From a virus, in IMG/VR virus record IMGVR_UViG_3300020060_000010, positions 13,230-77,229 of that record: DNA of 64,000 bases, one strand, 5' to 3'. Below the pieces are notes generated by a model. The model saw only the letters and a list, made by a program, of their open reading frames with translations. It did no database searches and was not told the origin of the DNA. Positions 9,731-19,045 of the stretch are shown here, in pieces. The translations under genes were made by a program, and so were the position numbers. Each line of letters begins with the position of its first letter. The first letter of the stretch is position 1.

Positions 9731-9955
9731 TTACTTCTTGCAATCCTTGGTCTCAAAGAAACAGATGACTCCGTTGTCATTCTTCTTCTCTGTCTTGTTA
9801 GTGTTCTTATCGGGACAACTGATACCTGCTGTCTTGGCATCTTCCTTGTCCATGGTGAAGCAGAGGTAAGCCTGGTCGTTGCGCGGCTGTGGCTCGCAGC
9901 CAGTAAAGAACAGTGCCGCGATACCTACGATGGCACCGATGACAATCTTCTTCAC
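9731..9955 (-). CDS. Small lipoprotein
   Basis: MKK, hydrophobic core, lipobox FTGC; four further Cys. Confidence 0.7.
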   Translation of the reverse strand: MKKIVIGAIVGIAALFFTGCEPQPRNDQAYLCFTMDKEDAKTAGISCPDKNTNKTEKKNDNGVICFFETKDCKK

Positions 9956-10093
9956 AATTCATCATCCCACTTGAACCGTGCTGACAGAGTGGTTGGCTTA
10001 CTCTCACGCGGGGACAGTACCAGTACGCGCTTACGTCCTGCATTCTTACCTGGCGCCTGCTTCTCGCCGCTCTTAGCATTCTTGTTAACCATG

Positions 10094-10306
10094 TTAGTTG
10101 TCCTTGTCTGGTAGATCGAAGCTGAAACGAATCTCATCGTCCCATGCTTCTACGCGAATAGTGTCATCGTAGTACTTGAGCCCGCGAGTGTCAAGCTCTT
10201 GCCCAATGGCTGAGATTACCTTGGAAACCTCGGTGCCGTTGGTCGGGCTCGGAAGAGAATACACCTTGCGGCGCTCTACAACTTCAAAGCTGGTGTACGT
10301 TGCCAT
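10094..10306 (-). CDS. Hypothetical protein
   Basis: Start moved to MATYTS; AAGGAG RBS; promoter upstream. Confidence 0.65.
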   Translation of the reverse strand: MATYTSFEVVERRKVYSLPSPTNGTEVSKVISAIGQELDTRGLKYYDDTIRVEAWDDEIRFSFDLPDKDN

Positions 10307-10398
10307 GGTTGTCTCCTTAAGTAGTTGGTGTAGTAGTAGTACTGTAACAAGACACGGGAAGAGAGTCAATACTTCCCGTGCCCTGTCTCAGCATGTGG

Positions 10399-10614
10399 CT
10401 ATCCGCTGTAATAATCGTTCGGCAGCGACTTGCTTTCGTCCCGAGTTGTAGTGCCCCAGAACTTAATCTCTAGGCTGTCATCGCCTCGCACGAATTCAGC
10501 AGCCTTGAGATACGCATCGTGTACTGTATCCGCGTTGAAGGATGCAACTACCCAGTAAGGGTTGCCAGAATTCTTCTTGGCTACGTCTGCTGTTCCATAA
10601 GTAATTCTATTCAT
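10399..10614 (-). CDS. Hypothetical protein
   Basis: AGGAGG RBS. Confidence 0.65.
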   Translation of the reverse strand: MNRITYGTADVAKKNSGNPYWVVASFNADTVHDAYLKAAEFVRGDDSLEIKFWGTTTRDESKSLPNDYYSG

Positions 10615-10685
10615 TTTTCACCTCCTAACATAACAATGAACACATCTTCTATCCCCGCTAATGACACACTTGAAGAGCGCCCACC

Positions 10686-10925
10686 TCAGGAAAACCAAGG
10701 CCCCAACGCTTCCGGGAAATCCTCTGGCTGTAGATTACGTAGACGGGAAACAAGTTCCTGAAGCATGAGTTCACTAATTGGCCCCTCGTTTAGTGCGTGA
10801 GGGCCGACATATAGTGGAGTCTTATTGCGCTCTACTAGAAACCCAAATGCAATTGGGTTGCCCTCTTCATCAACATCAATGATGGCTCGTGCTGGGAATA
10901 CTACCTGTGCTTTGTTTACTGTCAT
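10686..10925 (-). CDS. Hypothetical protein
   Basis: Start moved to MTVNKA; AAGGAG RBS. Confidence 0.65.
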   Translation of the reverse strand: MTVNKAQVVFPARAIIDVDEEGNPIAFGFLVERNKTPLYVGPHALNEGPISELMLQELVSRLRNLQPEDFPEALGPWFS

Positions 10926-10935
10926 GTTTATCTCC

Positions 10936-11142
10936 TTAATAGATTCTTGTCTTTTTGTTGTCTCGTTCAATGCGCCGCTTTGCAGCATCTACCAATCTCT
11001 TTGCTGTTTTGTTTGCCGACTTCTCAGTAGGTCGCCACCAGGTTTGTACGTAAAACTGGAATCCATCAGGACTCACGGCAACGCGGTAACCTAGTGGAAC
11101 TTTGGTAACTTCAGCACAAGGTTTCGGATTAACTATGTACAT
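10936..11142 (-). CDS. Hypothetical protein
   Basis: 1-bp overlap with upstream gene. Confidence 0.6.
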   Translation of the reverse strand: MYIVNPKPCAEVTKVPLGYRVAVSPDGFQFYVQTWWRPTEKSANKTAKRLVDAAKRRIERDNKKTRIY

Positions 11143-11564
11143 TACGCTTCCTGCTTACTGTGGAACCACTTGCGTAGGTCTTCCTTCTCCTGCTCAGTCA
11201 ATGAGTCTCCACCTTTGCCGAAAGTAATCGGCTCAATAACCTCAAGGTCTTCAGGTAGAACATACACTGACTTACGACGTAGGTCAAAGGTGACGATGTA
11301 GGCTTCAAACCCTTCCCTCGCGATGAAGTTAGCGCCAGTATCAAAGTAATTCACATTGCCGTTAGCCAGAGTTCGCTTGCCGGTGATGATTCCTTCACCG
11401 AAATACGCAGGCCATGGCTGAGCGATCTTGCCGAAACATTGAAGCTCCCACTCACTTGTAGGAACCCATTCTTTATCGTACTTGAGATTGTCGGCTGAGT
11501 ATTTATTCTTGCGTGTGATAGTCCTCTTGTACCGTACACGTGTACCTAACTGTAGGTTAGTCAT
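11142..11564 (-). CDS. Hypothetical protein (KOW-like LQLGTRVRY)
   Basis: 140-aa ORF, 4-bp overlap. Confidence 0.65.
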   Translation of the reverse strand: MTNLQLGTRVRYKRTITRKNKYSADNLKYDKEWVPTSEWELQCFGKIAQPWPAYFGEGIITGKRTLANGNVNYFDTGANFIAREGFEAYIVTFDLRRKSVYVLPEDLEVIEPITFGKGGDSLTEQEKEDLRKWFHSKQEA

Positions 11565-11791
11565 CTTTCACCAGCCGTTAGCCAAGTGCCGATGTAATCA
11601 TATAGTTCTTCTACCTGTTCGCGGTTCAGAGGTACGCCGACTGAATCCCAGCCATCCTTGGTCCAGAAGTATAGCTCCTGGTACTGCTTATTTGAGTTGG
11701 TGTTGTCGTAGTTGTCTACAACCTCAAGATATGAATCTGTCTTGCTGCCGTCGTTATCACACGCGGCGAACTTAAGTTCTTCACTCATCAT
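11561..11791 (-). CDS. Hypothetical protein
   Basis: ORF in gene run. Confidence 0.6.
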   Translation of the reverse strand: MMSEELKFAACDNDGSKTDSYLEVVDNYDNTNSNKQYQELYFWTKDGWDSVGVPLNREQVEELYDYIGTWLTAGER

Positions 11792-11972
11792 CTTCCTCCT
11801 TTGGTAGCTGTAGTACAGTCTCTCCGCTTACTGGATCTTTCCACTCACGAATCTCCTGCTCGTACTCTTCCTTGTACTCCTGGACTCGCGCTTCGTGGCA
11901 AGCCCGTTCCTTCGCATCCATCTTAGCTAGCATCTCTGCCTTGAGTTCTGACCATAGCTTACTCATCTTCAC
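11781..11972 (-). CDS. Hypothetical protein
   Basis: ORF in gene run. Confidence 0.6.
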   Translation of the reverse strand: MKMSKLWSELKAEMLAKMDAKERACHEARVQEYKEEYEQEIREWKDPVSGETVLQLPKEEDDE

Positions 11973-12183
11973 TCCCTGGTGTCCATACTACAATGGCGGG
12001 GAAGTCGTCAGGTTCCAGCGAGTAGCCAGTAACACCTGCGTCTTCATGCCCGGCAAATGACCAGCCACAATAGTAGACAGGGTTTGTAGCAGAAGTTCTC
12101 ACTGCAGCGTTACCTCCAGCTACTCGCAAAATAGTACCGATCGGCAACAGGTCCGCTTCTTCCGGCGTATTGATTACTGTCAT
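11959..12183 (-). CDS. Hypothetical protein
   Basis: 4-bp overlap; GGAGG RBS. Confidence 0.6.
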   Translation of the reverse strand: MTVINTPEEADLLPIGTILRVAGGNAAVRTSATNPVYYCGWSFAGHEDAGVTGYSLEPDDFPAIVVWTPGSEDE

Positions 12184-12542
12184 GCTTCCTCCGTCTCATA
12201 GATTAGAACGTTGAGTCCTGCCTTCTTGGCGCGTCGGATACAGTCGTTGGTACCTCTGGACTCGCCTTGTGGGAATGCTAGCACAAGGTCAGGCTCGCTG
12301 TCTACAAGTTCTTGATTGCGCTTCGGTCCTGCCGCCTTGCCGTGTGCGTTCCAGTCAGCCTTGAAGACTACCAATCCAATGCCATGCATCTCTGCGTAGT
12401 CACGAGCGTACTTGTCAGCACCAGTAGGACAGTCTCCTACAAAGATATCAGGCTGTCCTCTATGCTGCCATACTGTATTCAGAACCCCGTAGACCTTCTC
12501 TCGGTCCTTCAGGTTGCGCGATCCGGTGACAAGTACTCTCAC
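12180..12542 (-). CDS. SLOG-superfamily protein (DUF2493-like)
   Basis: RVLVTGSR, GDCPTGAD..A, ADW..HGKAAGP.RN..LV, AFP..SRGT..CI..A; start moved to GTG in a GTGA overlap. Confidence 0.85.
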   Translation of the reverse strand: MRVLVTGSRNLKDREKVYGVLNTVWQHRGQPDIFVGDCPTGADKYARDYAEMHGIGLVVFKADWNAHGKAAGPKRNQELVDSEPDLVLAFPQGESRGTNDCIRRAKKAGLNVLIYETEEA

Positions 12543-12742
12543 TCTTCCTCCTTGAACTCGATGAGAGTGTCTCCAACGCCAAAACGCATCCAACCATCCG
12601 CATAACCCTGCTCTTCCAGTTCTAGCCATGTTCCGGACGAAGGGTGGTGCTCGATGCCCTTAATTTTGTACGCGTTGTCGTTGATAATAGCTACACGGTT
12701 AAGATGATCCGCGTGAAGATGCCTAACCTGAATTCTCTTCAT
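12539..12742 (-). CDS. Hypothetical protein
   Basis: AGGAG RBS. Confidence 0.6.
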   Translation of the reverse strand: MKRIQVRHLHADHLNRVAIINDNAYKIKGIEHHPSSGTWLELEEQGYADGWMRFGVGDTLIEFKEEE

Positions 12743-13113
12743 CTCTCTCCTGTCTGTGCTGTGGCGGGCTTGGGACCATCCGTTGCGCTCTGCTGTAAAA
12801 CCCGGTGGGTACCTCTTACCTACGGATAGACCACAATTTTACTTCTTGTAGTTCGCGATCTCTTCTAGTACCGTATCACGAACGGTGTCTACCTGTCTAC
12901 GTCTTTCGACAAGAAACTTAGCGAGAGTTACCTGATAAATATTGGGCTCGCTTGCCTTCACTACTTCCTGCGCCTTCTGACTCAGCATGGTTCCTCCGTT
13001 CGTTGTCATTCTTGATCAGATCATCAATCTCTTCTGGTGTCAGACCCATCATATCTGATAGGTACTGCTTGTTAAGTTCTCTTCGCGCGGCGATAGAGGT
13101 AAAGCCGGTCATC

Positions 13114-13392
13114 TCAGTATCCAGCGTCTCGGAATGCCTTGTCAACAGCTTCTTCAGCAATCTTCTTGCCGGTGAACGAGTCACGTAAAGCTTCATACGT
13201 CGGCCCGCCAATGAAAGCTCCACTGATCATGTCTTGGCGAGCCCGTTCGTATCCGAGACGGTGGACCTCTCGAACATACTTGGCTAGTGCAGCCTCAACG
13301 TCAAGGAAGGTAGTCTCGCGATAGATTACATGATTTGCGTAGTCATCAGCATACCGAACGATAGTATCGAGTAGATCGTCTCGCGCGCTCAT
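13114..13392 (-). CDS. Hypothetical protein
   Basis: 4-bp overlap. Confidence 0.6.
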   Translation of the reverse strand: MSARDDLLDTIVRYADDYANHVIYRETTFLDVEAALAKYVREVHRLGYERARQDMISGAFIGGPTYEALRDSFTGKKIAEEAVDKAFRDAGY

Positions 13393-13577
13393 GACTCTTC
13401 TACCTTGTCGATCGCAGCCTGTAGCTGACGCGGACTCATAGCCGCGTTAAACGGGTGACGACCACCAAGGTCTACTGATACAGTCCAGCGTCCGCCCTTG
13501 AAGCGGACCACGGTTGCCTCCTTGACACCAACTCCAAACCAGATACGTAGCTTCTCTCCTACTGTGAATTCATTCAT
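13389..13577 (-). CDS. Hypothetical protein (KOW-like FTVGEKLRI)
   Basis: GGAGG RBS. Confidence 0.6.
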   Translation of the reverse strand: MNEFTVGEKLRIWFGVGVKEATVVRFKGGRWTVSVDLGGRHPFNAAMSPRQLQAAIDKVEES

Positions 13578-13767
13578 TAACTTCCTCCTCTACACTGGCA
13601 GCCATAGCTGCAAGGAACTCAGCCGCGAGCTTGTTGTCGTGGTTCAGTAGCGCCTGGTTCGGGTTGAATCCGAAGGTGAGGCAGCCCTTGATAATCTTCT
13701 CAGTGATACCTGGTGTATGGTTCTCGCGAACACGGTACACAATCTCTTCCATGCGGGGATCAGTCAT
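13570..13767 (-). CDS. Hypothetical protein
   Basis: GAGG RBS. Confidence 0.6.
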   Translation of the reverse strand: MTDPRMEEIVYRVRENHTPGITEKIIKGCLTFGFNPNQALLNHDNKLAAEFLAAMAASVEEEVNE

Positions 13768-13844
13768 TATTTTTCATACTCCTCTAGTTAGTAAGCCAAA
13801 TGCATATCGGTGAGTCTACCGTTTGCATCTCTCCTTGTCAACAC

Positions 13845-14072
13845 TCAGAAGCCATCCTTGTCAAGCGTCTCCTTCAGGCGTCTATGTCGCAGGGCAGCAA
13901 CGGTGTTCGTAGTACCCAGGAGAACCAGGATGAACACGTTCAGGATCAGTCCGATGTATTGCATGTCATCAATGAAGAAGGCAAGGGCCATCGCTGCTGC
14001 CCCAAGGAATGCCGCGCTCGCTACCACTACGTTGATAATGTAGTACAGGAGGTGTCTCTTAGAAAGACGCAT
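13845..14072 (-). CDS. Membrane protein (2 TM)
   Basis: Start moved to MRLSKRH; two hydrophobic helices. Confidence 0.65.
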   Translation of the reverse strand: MRLSKRHLLYYIINVVVASAAFLGAAAMALAFFIDDMQYIGLILNVFILVLLGTTNTVAALRHRRLKETLDKDGF

Positions 14073-14277
14073 TGCGAGTGCTCGCAATCTGAGCAGCCGC
14101 ATCGTCGTATGCCTTGGCCAGCCCGGCAAGGGCATGGTCAGCGTCACCAAAGTCAAACTTGACACTGATCTCAACCCTTGGTGTCACATTGCGATCTTGT
14201 GCCGACAACGGCGACCCAGTAGCAATTGACTCCTTGACAACCGAGACATGTACACGTGGTGTGGTAGTCATCGGCAC
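14059..14277 (-). CDS. Hypothetical protein
   Basis: Downstream of promoter TTGACA-17-TACGTT (about 14309-14337). Confidence 0.6.
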   Translation of the reverse strand: MPMTTTPRVHVSVVKESIATGSPLSAQDRNVTPRVEISVKFDFGDADHALAGLAKAYDDAAAQIASTRNASF

Positions 14278-14420
14278 TCCCTTCTCTGTGATGTAGCTTA
14301 CTGTCTAAACGTACGCTCTTGCCCGCGCCTTGTCAAGCCTTTGCGCTATCTTATCTGTCTTGATGCAATCTGCCACGTAGGTAGCGATGTTGATACCTGC
14401 GTAGATGCCGAACAAGCCTG

Positions 14421-14855
14421 TTACTCCAAATCCGATCGCTGTGAAGATTTTCTTGACCATTCTGCTGGACTCCTTTTCGCGTGTAGTTTCATCTGCTTCT
14501 TGGCGTACCTGATAAAGTTCTTCCGATACGCACGTTCTACCTTGTCAGAGCCTGCTTCGTCGATATAGTCCTTGAGCGCGAGCCGTGCAGCTTTCCGTAC
14601 TGGACGCTCAATCAGACGTAGCTTGACGTAGGTCACGACTGCGACAACCAACATCCACGGCCACAAGAACAGCATGGCGTGGTCGAAGTGGCTCCGGACC
14701 TGATCAAAGTGTAGACCAGAGTCCTGATACTCATGGAGAAGGTTGTTCAGAAACCGCTCGTTCTTGGCGTGAACGCGGCCAGTGTAGAACACGAAGCCGA
14801 GACCGACAACGACGTAGCCGAGCACACAGAGCAGGAAGACACTGAAAGGACTCAT
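14421..14855 (-). CDS. Membrane protein (2 TM)
   Basis: N-terminal TM and LFLWPWMLVVAVV helix. Confidence 0.7.
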   Translation of the reverse strand: MSPFSVFLLCVLGYVVVGLGFVFYTGRVHAKNERFLNNLLHEYQDSGLHFDQVRSHFDHAMLFLWPWMLVVAVVTYVKLRLIERPVRKAARLALKDYIDEAGSDKVERAYRKNFIRYAKKQMKLHAKRSPAEWSRKSSQRSDLE

Positions 14856-15109
14856 TCTGCCTTCTTGTCAAACAGATGCTTAAAATCAAAATTGGGCTTA
14901 GCAGGGCCAAAAGAACTCGTCCACGCGCGGCTAAGATTGACATGGAGGTGCTCTAGATGGCCAGGAACAAATGCCTCTGTCTTCTCGTCATCCTCAATCC
15001 AGATATCAATGCCGAAATCAGAAAGCTTATCGGTCACTGTCTCGAACAGTTCCTCCAGACGCTCCTTGATTAGCTCCTTGTTCAGTTCAAACTTTAGTCT
15101 CTTAGTCAT
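14852..15109 (-). CDS. Hypothetical protein
   Basis: 4-bp overlaps at both ends. Confidence 0.65.
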   Translation of the reverse strand: MTKRLKFELNKELIKERLEELFETVTDKLSDFGIDIWIEDDEKTEAFVPGHLEHLHVNLSRAWTSSFGPAKPNFDFKHLFDKKAE

Positions 15110-15399
15110 CGTGCCTCACGTGCCTTCTTTAGTCGTTCTCCTGCAGCAAGACGCTGCTCTTCTGTCATAACTCGCTTGGTCTGACGCTTGACGCCACTGG
15201 TTGGTGACCACTGCCCCATTGGTACAGTTGCTTCAATCCAGCGAGTGCGGCCATAACGACCCTCTCGTACGATTGTTACCCCCGGATGACGTTCCAGCTT
15301 TGTGATATCCCTAGCAACACAACTGTAAATGCGAACAAAGTCCTCGCCCATGTTGTTGATACAAATTGTCTCTTGTTCTGGAACTGTTACTGCTGCCAT
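15106..15399 (-). CDS. Conserved hypothetical protein (basic C-terminus TEEQR.AAGERL..AR)
   Basis: AAGGAGGAG RBS. Confidence 0.7.
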   Translation of the reverse strand: MAAVTVPEQETICINNMGEDFVRIYSCVARDITKLERHPGVTIVREGRYGRTRWIEATVPMGQWSPTSGVKRQTKRVMTEEQRLAAGERLKKAREAR

Positions 15400-15408
15400 A
15401 ACTCCTCC

Positions 15409-15633
15409 TTAGTTTTGAATTCTCTTGATTGACATTCTCACTACGTTGTGTCGGTTGATCAGGACACGCTCTGTCTCTGTCTCGTATAGCTTTGCTGAGC
15501 CTCTGTGCGCGTCCAGAAGAAAGCCAGCGAAATCTGCACCAGTGACAGTGTAGTACTCAACCTGACCGCTCTCGTAGAGAAACGTCACTTCGATAATGCT
15601 CTCGTCAGTTAGATCCATGGTTCCCTTCCACAT
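15409..15633 (-). CDS. Hypothetical protein
   Basis: ORF in gene run. Confidence 0.6.
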   Translation of the reverse strand: MWKGTMDLTDESIIEVTFLYESGQVEYYTVTGADFAGFLLDAHRGSAKLYETETERVLINRHNVVRMSIKRIQN

Positions 15634-15685
15634 AAAGCAATAACCTCAACCCTACCAGAGGATTGAGGCTACTACAAGGGGTTGA

Positions 15686-15916
15686 TCAGTTAAATCTACG
15701 TTGCACATCCAGGACGCGGCCATGCTTGTCCAGACAGATTGGTACTGTACCTTGCTCGGACACGTGGCCACCTTTGGCTACACAATCGTCGCGGAAGAAA
15801 TTCATCTGTCTGATACTGGCCCAGGAGCCGAGCACCACTACGAGCACGACAAATACAAGTACGCTGATTACGAATCGCGTAACGAACTTCACCGTCTTAT
15901 CATCAGTAGTAGCCAT
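15686..15916 (-). CDS. Single-TM membrane protein, paralog 1
   Basis: TM followed by RQ.NF...DC...GG.V...G.V.IC.D..GRVL. Confidence 0.7.
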   Translation of the reverse strand: MATTDDKTVKFVTRFVISVLVFVVLVVVLGSWASIRQMNFFRDDCVAKGGHVSEQGTVPICLDKHGRVLDVQRRFN

Positions 15917-15931
15917 GATACCAATTATAAC

Positions 15932-16648
15932 CTACGGTGAGACTCTGCCGGAAGTGACAAAGGCAGCATGAGTAACTGGCATCTTCTCTTGGAAATACTG
16001 TTCCGCCTGCTCAGCGAGGATCTCGATCTCTCGTTGCGGGTAGGAAGGAAAGGTGCTTCCTACTACATTTCGACGCAGAGACATGAAGTTCATCATGGAC
16101 CGCGCATTGATGGTCAGATAGACAGATGAGTAGATATTGACTGGAAGGACCAATCGTGCCACTTCGCGAGCAATACCAGTGTCGAGAAGCTCCTGGTAGT
16201 GTCCGTACGCGGCCTGTGCTGCCGAACGTATCCTGTGGTCCACCACGAACTTCTGCGCATCGGTACCTGCTACGAATGTGTATGCACCTGGCTTCCCTTG
16301 CTGAACGAGGTTGCGATTCTCATCCGGCACGTAGAAAAGAGGCTTCATCTCGCGATATCTGGCTGACTCCTCGGAATAACTGCTTATACGATGCTTGACC
16401 AGTTCGCGCATGACGAAGATAGGCGCATGAAAGTAGAAGGTGAAGTAGGAGTGCTCAAAAGGAACACCGTGACGATCTCGCATCAAATAATTGATGAGTC
16501 CTACGTTCTTCCCAGTCATCTCGTGGCTGTTGTGTAGAGAACGTTCACCAGAAGTGGAAACCCGTGCCGCTTGGCAAACCCGTCCATCTCCTCCGAGAAA
16601 ATCAACCAACTCAGCCGTAATCTTACTGGTGAATTCAACTTCAGGCAT
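15932..16648 (-). CDS. thyX: FAD-dependent thymidylate synthase
   Basis: AARVS, H..PFEH, FVMRELVKHRISSYSEESARY (RHRxxSxxxxSxR-like), AREVARLVLP, Q.EI. Confidence 0.95.
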   Translation of the reverse strand: MPEVEFTSKITAELVDFLGGDGRVCQAARVSTSGERSLHNSHEMTGKNVGLINYLMRDRHGVPFEHSYFTFYFHAPIFVMRELVKHRISSYSEESARYREMKPLFYVPDENRNLVQQGKPGAYTFVAGTDAQKFVVDHRIRSAAQAAYGHYQELLDTGIAREVARLVLPVNIYSSVYLTINARSMMNFMSLRRNVVGSTFPSYPQREIEILAEQAEQYFQEKMPVTHAAFVTSGRVSP

Positions 16649-16844
16649 GATCGCCTTCGAAACCCCAGCCGATCGGGCGGACGCGATGATACTTTACTTC
16701 CAATTCAGCCAGTGTATAAAATTCAGTTCCGCCCACTGCAACCCAACAGTCCTGCCTGACGCGCCAACGGTCGCGGATATAATCGAGCGATTCGCCATTA
16801 GCCTGTACACATTCCACTAGGACCGGGACGTTCGGCAGGCTCAC
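16641..16844 (-). CDS. Hypothetical protein
   Basis: Overlaps neighbours. Confidence 0.55.
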   Translation of the reverse strand: MSLPNVPVLVECVQANGESLDYIRDRWRVRQDCWVAVGGTEFYTLAELEVKYHRVRPIGWGFEGDHA

Positions 16845-17071
16845 TTCTTGGCTCCACAGTTAGAAGACTTGAATACGCAGACTGTTACTTGACTGGTAGG
16901 CTCACCCAGGACAAACTTGGGCGGCTTGATCTTCTTACTCTTCTTTGCGGCCTGGAGAGGTAGAACGTTGCCTCCGTCTGGCTTGGAGCCTGGTGGTGCC
17001 TTTGGTGGGTCACAAGCAGCAAGTCCAGTCGCTACAAGGACAGCTACTACAGCTACAATAAGCTTCTTCAC
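16841..17071 (-). CDS. Small lipoprotein
   Basis: MKK, hydrophobic core, lipobox LAAC. Confidence 0.75.
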   Translation of the reverse strand: MKKLIVAVVAVLVATGLAACDPPKAPPGSKPDGGNVLPLQAAKKSKKIKPPKFVLGEPTSQVTVCVFKSSNCGAKK

Positions 17072-17517
17072 TTGATAGCTCCCTTCAAGGTGTTGATGAA
17101 CTCTTCGGCGTCTTGTAGACGACGCTCAAGCTCAAGGTAATCATCATTATTTGGACTCTTGACTACACGCGTTACCAGCTTTTCCACTCGGTCTTCAAGC
17201 TGCTCTAGGCGACCCGACTCATTCATCATAAAGCGACGGCTGGACTCGTCAGCAAGATCTCGTACGACACTAACCAGCTTCTCGTAGTCAGGGCTTGGAT
17301 CTTCAGCGGCTGGGTCCTTATCTTCTGCTAAATCGTCCATTACAAAGTAATCAGTAGGGAAGCTATAGCGGTATCCGTAAACTGACTCCTTGTTGCGGTT
17401 ATCAGCGAGCGCAACAACATCAGTATATTTGTCGCCAGAAGAAGTAACAACTCCCACGAGCCAACTGCCATACTGTGGCTTCTTTAGCCTGACTGTGCTT
17501 CCTAGCTTAAAGCTCAT
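17068..17517 (-). CDS. KOW/SH3-like domain plus coiled coil
   Basis: Start moved to MSFKLGSTVRL; AGGAG RBS. Confidence 0.65.
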   Translation of the reverse strand: MSFKLGSTVRLKKPQYGSWLVGVVTSSGDKYTDVVALADNRNKESVYGYRYSFPTDYFVMDDLAEDKDPAAEDPSPDYEKLVSVVRDLADESSRRFMMNESGRLEQLEDRVEKLVTRVVKSPNNDDYLELERRLQDAEEFINTLKGAIK

Positions 17518-17756
17518 TTTGTCTCCTCTTTTAGTGGTGGTGGCCATTTCGTGCCTAAGTAGTGAAGTTTTCCTGCCTCGTCCAGACGGCAAAACAGTTT
17601 CCCCGCAATGGAACGAATAATCACTATGCCTTCCGGCAAGTAGCGTGGCTCGATCTTCTTTGACCAAGGCCAGTTGATCTGCATCTGATCTCCTCCCGTG
17701 AAACAGTGATACCCCTAAACCTACCAGGTCCAGGGGCGCACAGTCAATAGGTTGGA

Positions 17757-17996
17757 TCAGAAAAATCTACGCTCTACGTTGGTGAGAACTCGACCATCCT
17801 CGTCAATGCAGATAGAGACCGCGCCGGTATCAAGTACCGTGCCGCCTACAGCAGCGCAGTCCTGCTTGTAGAAGTTGATCTGACGGTTACTCAGGATGAT
17901 ACCGCCCACTACCACGATAGTGATGAGGATGATAAAAACGATGAGCGACCGGAACAGCCACTTGGTTCCTACAGCTTCAGCAATGTCATTATTCAT
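17757..17996 (-). CDS. Single-TM membrane protein, paralog 2
   Basis: Aligns by eye with 15686..15916. Confidence 0.7.
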   Translation of the reverse strand: MNNDIAEAVGTKWLFRSLIVFIILITIVVVGGIILSNRQINFYKQDCAAVGGTVLDTGAVSICIDEDGRVLTNVERRFF

Positions 17997-18223
17997 AATC
18001 GTATTATACCTTATCTCTTACATCCACATTATGGAACAAAAGTTTCATCCGAAGCTCCCGAAACCGCTGAAATGTGATACCGTAAAGTAAATAGTCATCA
18101 AGATTACAAAGTAGAGCACGATTAGGATGGCTCTTGGCTTCGTTGTTCTCTTACTCATGGCTTTCCTTCCGGCAGGATCATATCTAATATCATACAGGAA
18201 TCCTTAGATCCTTACAAAGTATA

Positions 18224-18787
18224 CTAATTAGATGCTGGTGCTCTACCATAGTCAAGGCCCACTGGCTTCAACTTGGTCCCGTTAAAACGGCGTCCGAATG
18301 CAGAGATAGCTTCCTTCTCATTCTCCTTCTTGACATAGCCCAGTGTGATATGTGGCTTGTAGCCAGGATGAGTGTCAATGTGAGGCAGGAAGGAAAGACG
18401 ATCATGAGCTTCCATGATGTTGTCGGTCAGTTTGATATGTCCGACAATACAAGCATAGTTAGGCTCGTCCTTGTAGGAGGAAGGGAAAGATCCTACCTTC
18501 TCCAGAACTGGCGCTTCTGGCTCCCAGCCGGACAGTACCTTGTCCACTGCTGCGCGGATAGTGTTGGCGTTGCGGAGGAGGCCATAGAGCAGCGTTACAT
18601 GGTCTCCAGCATTGATTCCCTTGATGTAGCGATAGTCAGGATTCTCAGAGTAGTACTCCCACTCCTTAGGCACGATGAAGTCGGTCTTGAGCTTCTCTAC
18701 CTTGAGCATGACACAACCCATCTTGGGTACGTCGATGCCGAAGTAAGCCTTCAGTACATCCTTGTAGTCGTTTGCATTAATGCTCAT
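18224..18787 (-). CDS. 2H phosphoesterase (LigT / T4 gp57B-Acb1-like fold)
   Basis: Two HxT motifs, HVTLLYG and PHITLGY, with H.DTHP.Y.PH.T. Confidence 0.8.
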   Translation of the reverse strand: MSINANDYKDVLKAYFGIDVPKMGCVMLKVEKLKTDFIVPKEWEYYSENPDYRYIKGINAGDHVTLLYGLLRNANTIRAAVDKVLSGWEPEAPVLEKVGSFPSSYKDEPNYACIVGHIKLTDNIMEAHDRLSFLPHIDTHPGYKPHITLGYVKKENEKEAISAFGRRFNGTKLKPVGLDYGRAPASN

Positions 18788-18808
18788 TCGCTTCTCCTTC
18801 TGTGTAGG

Positions 18809-19045
18809 TCAGTCCCATGTCGCGTCTTCGTATTCTTCGGCGAGAGACAAAGACATAGAGTTGGCTCTCTTCAGCGCCTCTGCCCAGGTTGCATGGTGGA
18901 AGATGTTATCGTAGCCTCCGACACCGCCAAGCTCCCGAGCGCGCCAAGTGTGTCCATCTACGATGTGCTTCTTCAGTATACGCGCCCAAGGATACTCAGG
19001 ATCAACCTTTCCGCCGATTAGACGGATCTTCTTTACCTCAGCCAT
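18809..19045 (-). CDS. Hypothetical protein
   Basis: GAGG RBS. Confidence 0.6.
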   Translation of the reverse strand: MAEVKKIRLIGGKVDPEYPWARILKKHIVDGHTWRARELGGVGGYDNIFHHATWAEALKRANSMSLSLAEEYEDATWD

